Positions 47,917 to 55,842 of a DNA stretch of 58,138 nt are shown here, piece by piece (positions within the stretch are counted from its first letter, which is position 1; each line of letters begins with the position of its first letter). Source of the DNA: Pseudomonadota bacterium (GTDB taxonomy: Bacteria; Desulfobacterota; Syntrophia; Syntrophales; UBA5619). Location: NCBI GenBank assembly GCA_018827585.1, contig JAHJXP010000016.1, positions 1-58,138 of the forward strand, read 5' to 3'. The notes under the pieces were generated by a model, which was given only the letters and a program-made list of their open reading frames with translations, made no database searches and was not told the DNA's origin. A program made the position numbers and the translations under genes.

Positions 47917-48023
47917 TTGTAACCTCCTTTTTTGTCGTCTTTATTTCAATCCTATATTATCTATCACAGTCGACCGGATAAAGGCAAACGATTCCGCATT
48001 GAAAGAATCTAAATACTTGCAAA

Positions 48024-48144
48024 GAGACCTTTGAAAAAATACGCCAGAGTCATTGCGAGCGAAGCGAAGCAATCCCATAAGCATTCGATCATTTATGAGA
48101 TTGCTTCGGCGCTGTGCGCCTCGCAATGACTGGGAGGGCATAAA
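48024..48144 (-). repeat. REP/MITE-like palindromic element, family A, copy 3 (inverted orientation)
   Basis: Reverse complement of the 26446/42248 element (GAGACCTTTGAAAAAATACGCCAGAGTCATTGCGAG...CTCGCAATGACTGGGAGGGCATAAA). It marks the left edge of the AT-richer accessory region. Confidence 0.8.
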
Positions 48145-48284
48145 TTTCCTGAATGTCAGGGAATTCACATCCATGCCTTCGTAACTGACCAAAACGCGGA
48201 TGAATTCCAATTTCCCGTAAAAGACGCATTACGGAGAGATTGATCGGTTTCGACTGAATGGAGGTAGAAAGGCCGCTTTTCGTG

Positions 48285-48339
48285 TTGACATCGCGCATAA
48301 TCCCATTTAAGATGCACAAAAAACAAACATTATGTGCAT
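48285..48339 (+). promoter_or_regulatory. sigma-70-type promoter TTGACA-17 nt-TAAGAT with an overlapping palindrome ATGCACA-N14-TGTGCAT
   Basis: Perfect -35. The palindrome starts inside the -10 and ends 12 nt before the ATPase ATG, an operator-like arrangement. Confidence 0.45.
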
Positions 48340-48351
48340 CATGGGTGACAC

Positions 48352-49599
48352 ATGAACAAGGATGTCATTCTCGTTCAAAAAAGAGAGCTGGAGAATCGCC
48401 TTCAGGAAACCTACATCGAGAGAAAGCTGTCGGTCCCCTGGGACCTGGGAGATGATCTAATCAAGGTCATCTCCGGACCGAGGCGAGCGGGAAAATCATT
48501 CTTTGCCATCCATCTTCTGCGGCAGACCGGTTCTTACGGGTACGTCAACTTCGATGATGAACGGCTGGCCGCCATCGAAGACTATGATGAAATCGTCAGC
48601 GCCGTGAACACCGTCTACGGCAATCCGCGTTATCTGCTTTTTGACGAAATCCAAAATCTTCCCCGCTGGGAACTTTTCGTCAATCGCCTCCAGCGCCAGG
48701 GTTTCCGGCTTCTGATCACCGGGAGCAATGCCAATCTGCTCTCTTCGGAACTGGCCTCGCACCTGACGGGTCGTCATGCCGTCTGCGTTCTGTTTCCCTT
48801 TTCTTTCGGCGAATATCTGGCGGTGTCGGGCGAGCAGCGGACGGCGGTCGAGAAAATGGCAGCTCTCGATGCCTACGCGGAGCAGGGCGGCTATCCGGAG
48901 CCCCTGCTCAAAAAGATCGACCGGCGCGATTACCTGCGCACCCTGCTGCAATCGACCCTGTACAAGGACATCGTCAAGCGGTTCCATATCCGGTCGGTTC
49001 AGGGAATCGAGGACCTGGCCCTGTATCTGCTTTCGAACATCGTCCGGGAATATTCCTTCAACGCCCTTTCCGGCGTGACGAAGTGCCGTAGCGTTCATAC
49101 GATCGACAAATATATCCGCCATCTTCAGGAGGCCTATCTGGTTTTTTCGCTCCCGCGCTTCTCCTTCAAATTGAAAAACCAGGCGGGCTACAACAAGAAA
49201 ATTTACTGCACCGACAACGGCTTGGCGGTTTCTGCGGGCTTCCGTTTCAGCGCCGACAGGGGGGCGCTCCATGAAAACCTCGCGGCTGTCGCTCTCAAAA
49301 AAGAGGAACTCGCCGGTCGGATTTCTCTGTTCTACTGGAAGCGCCCGCCAAACGGGGAAGTGGATTTTGTCGTCAAAGAGGGCCCGCGTGTGGCGCGGCT
49401 GATCCAGGTCTGCTCGGATATTTCGGACCCGAAGACCCTGAAGCGGGAGATGCGGGCGCTGATCAAGGCCTCTCAGGAGCTGCACTGCGACGAGCTGTGG
49501 CTGCTCAATGACCGGGAAGACCGGACGGAGACCATCCAATGGCATGGTATCGAGCGCCGGATTCGGCTGATGCCGTTGTGGCAATGGCTGGATCGATGA
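48352..49599 (+). CDS. AAA+ ATPase of the AAA_14 / DUF4143 family
   Basis: Walker A GPRRAGKS, Walker B LLFDEIQ, and a C-terminal DUF4143-type region. Confidence 0.8.
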   Translation: MNKDVILVQKRELENRLQETYIERKLSVPWDLGDDLIKVISGPRRAGKSFFAIHLLRQTGSYGYVNFDDERLAAIEDYDEIVSAVNTVYGNPRYLLFDEIQNLPRWELFVNRLQRQGFRLLITGSNANLLSSELASHLTGRHAVCVLFPFSFGEYLAVSGEQRTAVEKMAALDAYAEQGGYPEPLLKKIDRRDYLRTLLQSTLYKDIVKRFHIRSVQGIEDLALYLLSNIVREYSFNALSGVTKCRSVHTIDKYIRHLQEAYLVFSLPRFSFKLKNQAGYNKKIYCTDNGLAVSAGFRFSADRGALHENLAAVALKKEELAGRISLFYWKRPPNGEVDFVVKEGPRVARLIQVCSDISDPKTLKREMRALIKASQELHCDELWLLNDREDRTETIQWHGIERRIRLMPLWQWLDR

Positions 49600-49762
49600 A
49601 TCCGCCACTGCCAAGCACTTTTCGGGGCTCAAAGTCTTGCAGGGGCTTGCCGGGGAACGGTGGATCGCCGGCGTCGTTCTGTATGTGGGCGAGGCCGTGA
49701 TTCCCTTTGGTGAAAGGCTGTGGGCTGCGCCTATCTCCACCCTTTGGGAAAAAGAGGAATAG
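49600..49762 (+). pseudogene. 3' remnant (~54 codons) of a second DUF4143-type ATPase gene
   Basis: The frame reads ...SATAKHFSGLKVLQGLAGERWIAGVVLYVGEAVIPFGERLWAAPISTLWEKEE*, the typical C-terminal end of this family, with no upstream body. Confidence 0.5.
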
Positions 49763-49763
49763 A

Positions 49764-49862
49764 AAATTCGAGATCCGCATCAGCAAGGGATACCGCCTGA
49801 CTTTGTGCCTCGACAAAGGCGTGGTCGAACTGCGTCGTGTAGGCGGATATCCTGAGGGATGA
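49764..49862 (+). pseudogene. 3' remnant of a RelE/ParE-type toxin gene
   Basis: KFEIRISKGYRLTLCLDKGVVELRRVGGYPEG* resembles the C-terminal beta-strands of RelE/ParE toxins (...RIG.YRL.Y..d...v.il.vg...). There is no start codon and no N-terminal part. Confidence 0.35.
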
Positions 49863-50034
49863 AGGATAAATGGCGCTGTTTAGTTTTGCGTGCATGTGAC
49901 TTTTTTCCCGCCGGGGTTGTATATCAAATAAAGGGAAGTTTCCGACTACCCGGCGACAAACGGGGCGCCTCAATCTGGTAAGAATGGAACTTGTTTGGGG
50001 ATGACAAATAGTTTTAATGGTTTATATTCATGAA

Positions 50035-50531
50035 TGAATTCAAATCCGTAAGTGCGCCACGAGGCTGCACAAGAGATGAGGGTAGGTCCCTCGAAGTCGG
50101 CTTGCAGGAGCGGGCTTCAAACCACCTTAAGCTGCATTGGTAAAGAGCCAATGTGGTGAGCGTTAAGGAAAAGGCATGGCAAAAGACCATGTCAGGTGAG
50201 GATCAGGGAGGCGAGCGCAAGCGAACTACTTCTGAGATGTCGAAATGAATTGGATGATGTCAAAACTGGGGGACTTACGGATCTCCAGGATAAGTTCAAG
50301 GGGGACCTGTTTACTGCTTGGGCGACTTCGCGATCGATGCAGAGGGGGCAACGGGAACAGGGGGAGGGAACGTTTATCTGCAGTAACCACCGCGGCCTTG
50401 GGATTTCCGGGTCGGTCTCCAAGAGAAACTGTGATCTGCCTTAGCAATTGGCTTTTCCCATCATGGAGTGATGAACCCACGATAGCGGAGAAATTTACGA
50501 AGGGGATCCGATTTCTCGGCCCCCCTTTTTT
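50035..50531 (+). ncRNA. candidate ~0.5-kb structured non-coding RNA of unknown class (or a degenerate group II intron 5' fragment)
   Basis: Promoter-like ATGACA-16 nt-TATATT (50001-50028) and a terminator GGGGAUCCGA-UUUC-UCGGCCCC + U6 (50502-50531). No credible ORF. Long helices at 50125-50168, 50173-50193, 50078-50092 and 50266-50288. GUGCG sits at 50052. Confidence 0.35.
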
Positions 50532-50602
50532 CGGTGTAGTCGAATTGGAGGCTGAAAAACGGAAACCGGGCGCTTGCCGCGCATTAACACCGGAGGTTCC
50601 GC

Positions 50603-50634
50603 TTGACAATCAATTATATTAAGACTTATATAAT
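50603..50634 (+). promoter_or_regulatory. sigma-70-type promoter (TTGACA-17 nt-TTATAT/TATAAT) ending 6-9 nt before the toxin ATG (leaderless mRNA predicted)
   Basis: Perfect -35 at 50603-50608. An overlapping -10 lies at 50626-50634. There is no room for an RBS before the ATG at 50640. Confidence 0.5.
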
Positions 50635-50639
50635 AAGCC

Positions 50640-50877
50640 ATGTACGACATCGATTGGCGGGCCAAAGCGTACAGACAGCTTTACAAAATCCGCAGCCGGC
50701 AAATCCGGCAGGAGATTTACGATGCAGCGGAAACGCTCCGGCACTGGCCGGACTGCCGGAACGTGAAGGCCTTGATCAGCCACGAATACGGTTTCCGGAT
50801 GCGCGTCGGCAACTGGCGTATCCTGTTCGATGTCGAGGATCACATCAGGATCATCATGATCCAGGAGGTCAAGAAAC

Positions 50878-50897
<20 letters not shown>
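50640..50897 (+). CDS. RelE/ParE-superfamily type II toxin
   Basis: 85 aa: ...ALISHEYGFRMRVGNWRILFDVEDHIRIIMIQEVKKRDERTY, the canonical RelE/ParE C-terminal pattern. It is toxin-first, as in HigBA. Confidence 0.8.
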
Positions 50898-51436
<539 letters not shown>

Positions 51437-51603
51437 TGACGCGATCGCCATCATTGAAATCGCAAGACGCGAAGGGGAGACATAACCATCCCGTAGGTGC
51501 TGAGGGGTCGTCTCCCCGTTGCCATTCCCTTCCCAATCGGGCGCTTGCCGTTTTCTATTTGCACTTCCGGGAACCAAATCCGGCAGATGTTTACACCTCC
51601 CCA

Positions 51604-51639
51604 TTGACATGAAGCGAATAGCCCATATAATCGCTTCAT
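51604..51639 (+). promoter_or_regulatory. consensus sigma-70 promoter TTGACA-16 nt-TATAAT embraced by a 9-bp palindrome ATGAAGCGA / TCGCTTCAT
   Basis: Both hexamers are perfect. The palindrome spans the spacer and the -10 (operator-like). It lies 26 nt upstream of the Fic-stub ATG. Confidence 0.55.
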
Positions 51640-51664
51640 AATATGAAGCAGTAAAGGGGTCAAA

Positions 51665-51799
51665 ATGCCTCAATACCTTTGGGAGCGTCCCGAGTGGACA
51701 CGCTTCCGTTGGAGAAACGAGCTTCTCGCACTCGGGATACTGAAACAAAATCCCGGCAGGGGGCGGAGCGCAAGCTACGATTTGAATTGGCCGGATTAG
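51665..51799 (+). pseudogene. 5' stub (44 codons) of a Fic-family gene (DUF4172-type N-terminus)
   Basis: MPQYLWERPEWTRFRWRNELL... matches the ...W..P.WP.FRW... start of Fic/DOC N-terminal domains. The frame stops at 51797-51799, and no Fic core (HxFx[D/E]GNGR) follows in any frame. Confidence 0.35.
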
Positions 51800-51932
51800 C
51801 GGGGCGAATCGCTGCCGAAAGACAGATCCTCATTTCCAAAACCGCCAATCCCGCGGAAAATGAAGCCATGATGTCCACAAAACTCAGAGGATTCCTGGCG
51901 CATCTGCTGAAAATCCCATTTTCCGCCGACGC

Positions 51933-52466
51933 ATGGATCATGACCAGGAAAGAGAGATCGTCGCTTCCGTTCTCAAAGGGGACCGCGAGGCCTACAAGAC
52001 CTCCGTCTTCAATCTCGCCTACCGGATGACCGGCAGCCTCCCCGAGGCGGAGGACCTGGCCTAGGAGACCTTTCTCCGCGCCTACGAAAGCCTGTGGTGC
52101 TGGCGCCCGGACAAGAGTTTCTTCGTCTGGCTCTACACGATCGCCCTCAACGGAATCCGGAACCATCTCAAAAAGAAACGGGGATCGGAAACCCGCGGCG
52201 CCGACTGGGCGGAAGAAATCGAGCGGGAGAGCGCCGAGGCCCGGGCGGCGGACCAGCCGGAGGGGATCCTCCTGGAGGACGAGAAGCAGAGAAGGCTTCA
52301 GGCGTGCCTGCTGAAGCTCCCGGCGGACCTGCGGGAGGCGGTCGTCCTGCGCTTCTACGACGATCGCTCCTTCGAAGAGATCGCCCGGATCTGCGGCATT
52401 TCGCTCAGCTCCGCCAAGATGCGCGTCTACCGCGGGATCGAAAAGCTGAAGGGGATGATGGAATAA
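51933..52466 (+). pseudogene. ECF-type sigma-70 factor gene interrupted by an in-frame TAG at codon 44
   Basis: MDHDQEREIVASVLKGDREAYKTSVFNLAYRMTGSLPEAEDLA-TAG-ETFLRAYESL...FVWLYTIALNGIRNHL...LREAVVLRFYDDRSFEEIARICGISLSSAKMRVYRGIEKLKGMME*. Regions 2 and 4 are intact. The TAG (52062-52064) replaces the conserved Gln of AEDLxQETF. Confidence 0.75.
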
Positions 52467-52526
52467 TCGGGCGCCGCCGCACCGTCATGGCGCTGATGGA
52501 ATTTGGTATTATACTCACGGCTTGTA

Positions 52527-52561
52527 CAATATGAAGATTGAACTTGCAGATTGCACCATTT
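52527..52561 (+). repeat. 35-nt direct repeat, copy 1 (CAATATGAAGATTGAACTTGCAGATTGCACCATTT)
   Basis: Identical 35-mer at 55764-55798. It contains an ATG plus nine shared codons (MKIELADCTI), and here it is preceded by TTGGTA-16 nt-TACAAT. Confidence 0.8.
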
Positions 52562-52713
52562 CCTGCTGTGGGTGCGGAGCATTATCTGATCCGCGACAAG
52601 ATCCAGATCTTAAGGAACTGCAATTTCAGCAAGATACACTCGGCCAGCACTGCGGACTTCGCAATATTGGAGCAAAAAAGGCCGAGAAATTGGTTTCTTG
52701 CTCATTTTCATCC

Positions 52714-52743
52714 TTGACATTTCATTAATTTATTATTTATGAT
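52714..52743 (+). promoter_or_regulatory. sigma-70-type promoter TTGACA-18 nt-TATGAT ending 6 nt before the abiEi ATG (leaderless mRNA predicted)
   Basis: Perfect -35 and a good -10. Only CAGTTC separates the -10 from the ATG at 52750. Confidence 0.5.
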
Positions 52744-52749
52744 CAGTTC

Positions 52750-53349
52750 ATGAAATACAATGATTTGGTTTCTGCCATCAAAAGTCCCATATTTTCTCTG
52801 AATGACCTGGCATTGTCGGGGCTTGACGTCTTCGACTACCAACTCAGCCTCTGGGTGAAGAAGGGGCATCTGATCAGACTCAAAAACGGCCTGTACGCCT
52901 TCAGCCGGGACAAGGAAAAGCTTCAGGGCGAGGGCATCGCCTTCCTGCTATATCAGCCGAGCTATCTGAGCCTCGAAACTGCTTTGGCCTGGTACGGCTT
53001 CATTCCGGAGATCGTGTACGCCTATACCAGCATCACCGCCAAAACCACCCGGACCTTTGAGAACGCATGCGGTCGCTTCATCTACCGGCACGTAAAAAGC
53101 GAACTCTTCTGGGGATATGTCCAGATGAATACGGATCACGGCCCCTACCTCTTGGCCGAGCCGGAAAAGGCTCTCCTCGATTATTTCTACCTCAACCTAT
53201 CCCGGATCGATAACGAGGAGGATTTCGAAAATATCCGCCTGAACGAGGAGGAGATGGAAAAGACGCTCGACAAGGGGAAATTAATCAAATATCTTGATGC
53301 CTTCGGCGTAAAAAAAATGGAGAGATGGGCAAAGCGATGCTTACCGTAG
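52750..53349 (+). CDS. abiEi: AbiEi-family (type IV TA) antitoxin / transcriptional regulator
   Basis: N-terminal winged-helix region (FSLNDLALSG...LWVKKGHLIRLKNGLYAF) and SYLSLETALAWYGFIPE, typical of AbiEi antitoxins. It overlaps the downstream AbiEii gene. Confidence 0.75.
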   Translation: MKYNDLVSAIKSPIFSLNDLALSGLDVFDYQLSLWVKKGHLIRLKNGLYAFSRDKEKLQGEGIAFLLYQPSYLSLETALAWYGFIPEIVYAYTSITAKTTRTFENACGRFIYRHVKSELFWGYVQMNTDHGPYLLAEPEKALLDYFYLNLSRIDNEEDFENIRLNEEEMEKTLDKGKLIKYLDAFGVKKMERWAKRCLP

Positions 53350-54113
53350 AACAGATTGCCGGCCATTTTCCGCCGCCCCTGCGGCAGAGAAATCCCCGGG
53401 GCATGCTGGTCGAGTATCTTCAGTATGAACTGCTCGATTCGCTGTTCAAGAATCACGCTGCATCGGCGTTGAGTTTCATCGGCGGAACCGCAATCCGAAT
53501 CCTTCACGACAGCGATCGTTTCTCCGAGGATCTGGATTTCGACAACTTCCGACTTTCTTTCGCCCAGTTCGAGGAGCTGCTGAAAACGGCCTGCCGGGAT
53601 ATGCAATACAAGGGTTTTCTGGTCGAATACCGGATCGTTGAAAAGGGTGCCTGGCACTGCTATATCCGCTTTCCGGAAATCCTCCATCGGGCGGGACTGG
53701 CGTCGGATGCCGGGCGGAAGATCCTGATCCGAATCGACAGCGAGGAGAAAGAAAGGCTCTACGAGCCGAAAAAGGCATTCCTGAATAAATTCGCCGTGTA
53801 TCGGCAGATCCTTGCGGCGCCGGCCGGGATTCTCCTCGCCCAGAAGATGATGACCGTCCTCTACCGGAAAAGGGAGAAGGGAAGGGATCTCTATGATGTT
53901 TCCTTTCTGACGGGATTTGCCGATCCCGATTTTGACTACATCGGAAGGATCATCGGCCTCGATCGGGAGGAATTTCTGAACCGTTTCGACGAGAGGCTTT
54001 CGGAACTGGATCTCAATTTTCTGGCCCGTGATGTCGAACCGTTCCTCTTTTCCACGGAGCAGCAGGGGCGGATCGTCACTTTCCGCGATTATTGGCGCAG
54101 CAAACGAGGATAG
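53325..54113 (+). CDS. abiEii: AbiEii/AbiGii-family nucleotidyltransferase toxin (DUF1814)
   Basis: FIGGTAIRILHDSDRFSEDLDFD nucleotidyltransferase motif and ...KGRDLYDV.... The start may be the ATG at 53337. Confidence 0.8.
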   Translation: MGKAMLTVEQIAGHFPPPLRQRNPRGMLVEYLQYELLDSLFKNHAASALSFIGGTAIRILHDSDRFSEDLDFDNFRLSFAQFEELLKTACRDMQYKGFLVEYRIVEKGAWHCYIRFPEILHRAGLASDAGRKILIRIDSEEKERLYEPKKAFLNKFAVYRQILAAPAGILLAQKMMTVLYRKREKGRDLYDVSFLTGFADPDFDYIGRIIGLDREEFLNRFDERLSELDLNFLARDVEPFLFSTEQQGRIVTFRDYWRSKRG

Positions 54114-54115
54114 AA

Positions 54116-54184
54116 CCCCGCAAGATGCGCGTCTACCGCGGGCTCGCAAAGCTTCAGGTGATGAAAACTTACCCGTCATCATAG
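54116..54184 (+). pseudogene. 3' remnant of a second ECF sigma-factor gene
   Basis: (A)KMRVYRGLAKLQVMKTYPSS*. The 22-mer CAAGATGCGCGTCTACCGCGGG (54121-54142) is identical to 52415-52436 in the amber-mutated sigma gene. It begins 2 nt after the abiEii stop. Confidence 0.6.
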
Positions 54185-54239
54185 GGGATAGGGGGCTGTT
54201 TCTCTTCATCCGATGAGGGATGATGAAGCAACCCTTCCA

Positions 54240-54269
54240 TTGACATTACACATTAACACGTGCTTTAAT
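54240..54269 (+). promoter_or_regulatory. sigma-70-type promoter TTGACA-18 nt-TTTAAT with a CACGTG palindrome in the spacer
   Basis: Perfect -35, followed by RBS AGAGAGG and the antitoxin ATG at 54293. Confidence 0.4.
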
Positions 54270-54292
54270 ATACACCATAAGAGAGGTGTTTT

Positions 54293-54541
54293 ATGCATTC
54301 AGAAAATGTGCGATTGAATGTGACCCTGCCACGGGACCTGGTGGAATCCCTGAATCAGATTGCCGGCCCCCGGAATCGCAGCCGGATGATCTCGGAATCC
54401 GTCCAGGAATACATTTGGCAAAGAAAGAAAACCGAATTGGAAAAACGGCTTGAAGAAGGGTACCGCGCCTCGGCCGCGGAAAATATCGCCATGACCAAGG
54501 AATTTGAAGCCATCGATCTGGAGGGATGGGATGAATATTAA
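54293..54541 (+). CDS. ribbon-helix-helix (CopG-type) antitoxin
   Basis: The N-terminal beta-strand/helix pattern VRLNVTLPRDLVESLNQIAGPRNRSRMISESVQEYI is typical of RHH antitoxins. Its end overlaps the MazF start. Confidence 0.75.
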   Translation: MHSENVRLNVTLPRDLVESLNQIAGPRNRSRMISESVQEYIWQRKKTELEKRLEEGYRASAAENIAMTKEFEAIDLEGWDEY

Positions 54542-54875
54542 AAGAGGCGGCATTTATCTTGCGGCCCTTGATCCCGTCGTGGGAAGGGAAATATCTAAAA
54601 CCCGGCCAGTCGTGGTGGTTTCCAACGATAAAAACAACGAATTTTCCGGAACGGTGACGATTTTGCCCATCACCTCGAAAAACTCCCAATCTGTCTATCC
54701 ATTTAACGTATTTCTTCCCAAGGGCATCGCCAATTTACCCAAAGACTCCAAGGTCAAAGCGGACCAGATCCGCACCCTCGACAGGAGCCGGCTGATCAAA
54801 CACATTGGCGTCCTTGAGCAAAAAGATTTGGATGCGATCGACAAGGCGATGAAAATCCACTTGGCCCTGCCTTAA
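54531..54875 (+). CDS. mazF: MazF/PemK-family endoribonuclease toxin
   Basis: MNIKRGGIYLAALDPVVGREISKTRPVVVVSND...ILPITSK...KADQIRTLDRSRL is the canonical PemK pattern. The ATG at 54531 is preferred over the track start. Confidence 0.85.
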   Translation: MNIKRGGIYLAALDPVVGREISKTRPVVVVSNDKNNEFSGTVTILPITSKNSQSVYPFNVFLPKGIANLPKDSKVKADQIRTLDRSRLIKHIGVLEQKDLDAIDKAMKIHLALP

Positions 54876-54884
54876 CAGTTTCAT

Positions 54885-55277
54885 TCAAGGAACCTTGTGA
54901 AGCCTCAGGCCGTCTACCTTGTGGAAATGTGTATCGATCGTGAAAATTTCATGGCCTCCGGAGAGCGCCACGGCCGCGATGATCAGGTCGGAGAGCGGTA
55001 TGGTGCCCCCCGCGCCCCGGAGGGATGCCGACATTTTGCCGGCTGTTTCCCAGATTTCCCGCGTGACTTCCAGGTATGGCAGTTTTCCAAGGCTTTGTTT
55101 TACAAGGTTCGCTTCTTTCAGAGCTTTCACACCCTGTAATATCTCGGCCATCACCATACCGGCCATAATGACTTTACGCTCCCGCAGAAGCCCCTTGAGA
55201 TGGATGGTGAGTTCAGATTCCGGCTCGCGGAAAAAGACAATCCATACGCAAGTATCAACGATGATTCCGATATTCAT
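54885..55277 (-). CDS. vapC: PIN-domain toxin VapC
   Basis: IIVDTCVWI (first acidic residue), ...AEILQG..., and LSDLIIAAVAL...IFTIDTHF, a PIN-domain pattern. Confidence 0.8.
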   Translation of the reverse strand: MNIGIIVDTCVWIVFFREPESELTIHLKGLLRERKVIMAGMVMAEILQGVKALKEANLVKQSLGKLPYLEVTREIWETAGKMSASLRGAGGTIPLSDLIIAAVALSGGHEIFTIDTHFHKVDGLRLHKVP

Positions 55278-55473
55278 TCAGTTCCGCCTCTTCTTCCTTT
55301 TGCCAGTTTGAATCGATATTGATTTTACCGCTAAGGGAGAGAAGATCTTCAAGGGATTTTTTTTCGATATACTCCCGGATGGACAATTCAATGGCTTCGG
55401 TCTTGGTCTTCGCCTTTGTGTGGGTCAAAAGCGCCTCCATAAGATCATCTCGTATGTTAATTGTCGTCCTCAT
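55255..55473 (-). CDS. vapB: VapB-type antitoxin (72 aa)
   Basis: MRTTINIRDDLMEALLTHTKAKTKTEAIELSIREYI. The ATG at 55473 has RBS AAGGAG. It overlaps the vapC start. Confidence 0.7.
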   Translation of the reverse strand: MRTTINIRDDLMEALLTHTKAKTKTEAIELSIREYIEKKSLEDLLSLSGKINIDSNWQKEEEAELNEYRNHR

Positions 55474-55763
55474 GATATTCTCCTTCGAGCATATATTATT
55501 GAGTATAAAATACATCATTGCCATCACATGTCAATATATTCTTAGGCAACAACCACAAACCCGTCAGAACGTTGAGATGGTTCCCTGGCAGCTCCTGCCG
55601 CGATCGATGGAGATTTTAATCCCTTATGCCTTCAGTCTAAGGCCCACTGTTGTGGATGTCTAAGTATGTTTCACGCGATACGATCTGGCAACCGGGAAAT
55701 GATCGACGACGATCCCGAGGAACAATAGGCCTCCATTTAAATGATCTCACCCTCTGTTATTCT

Positions 55764-55798
55764 CAATATGAAGATTGAACTTGCAGATTGCACCATTT
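55764..55798 (+). repeat. 35-nt direct repeat, copy 2
   Basis: Identical to 52527-52561. One extra T after the repeat closes the shared reading frame after 12 codons (MKIELADCTIFR*). It lies 45 nt upstream of the ATPase ATG. Confidence 0.8.
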
Positions 55799-55842
55799 TC
55801 CGCTAAGAAAGGACAGTAAAGAAAAAGCAGAGGTGATGAAAT

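Noticed and set aside
52062-52064. The in-frame TAG in the ECF sigma gene as a recoding event (pyrrolysine or programmed read-through).
   Set aside because: The codon replaces a conserved Gln (CAG to TAG is one transition). No pyl genes or PYLIS-like context is seen, and the surrounding region is full of other decayed genes. A nonsense mutation or sequencing error is the simpler reading.
52522-52728. A 68-aa Cys-rich ORF (MYNMKIELADCTISCCGCG...) as a small secreted or RiPP-like peptide gene.
   Set aside because: Its first ten codons are part of the 35-nt repeat, which elsewhere closes after 12 codons. It has no RBS, no recognisable leader or core architecture and no modifying enzymes nearby. 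It is kept only as a note under the repeat finding.
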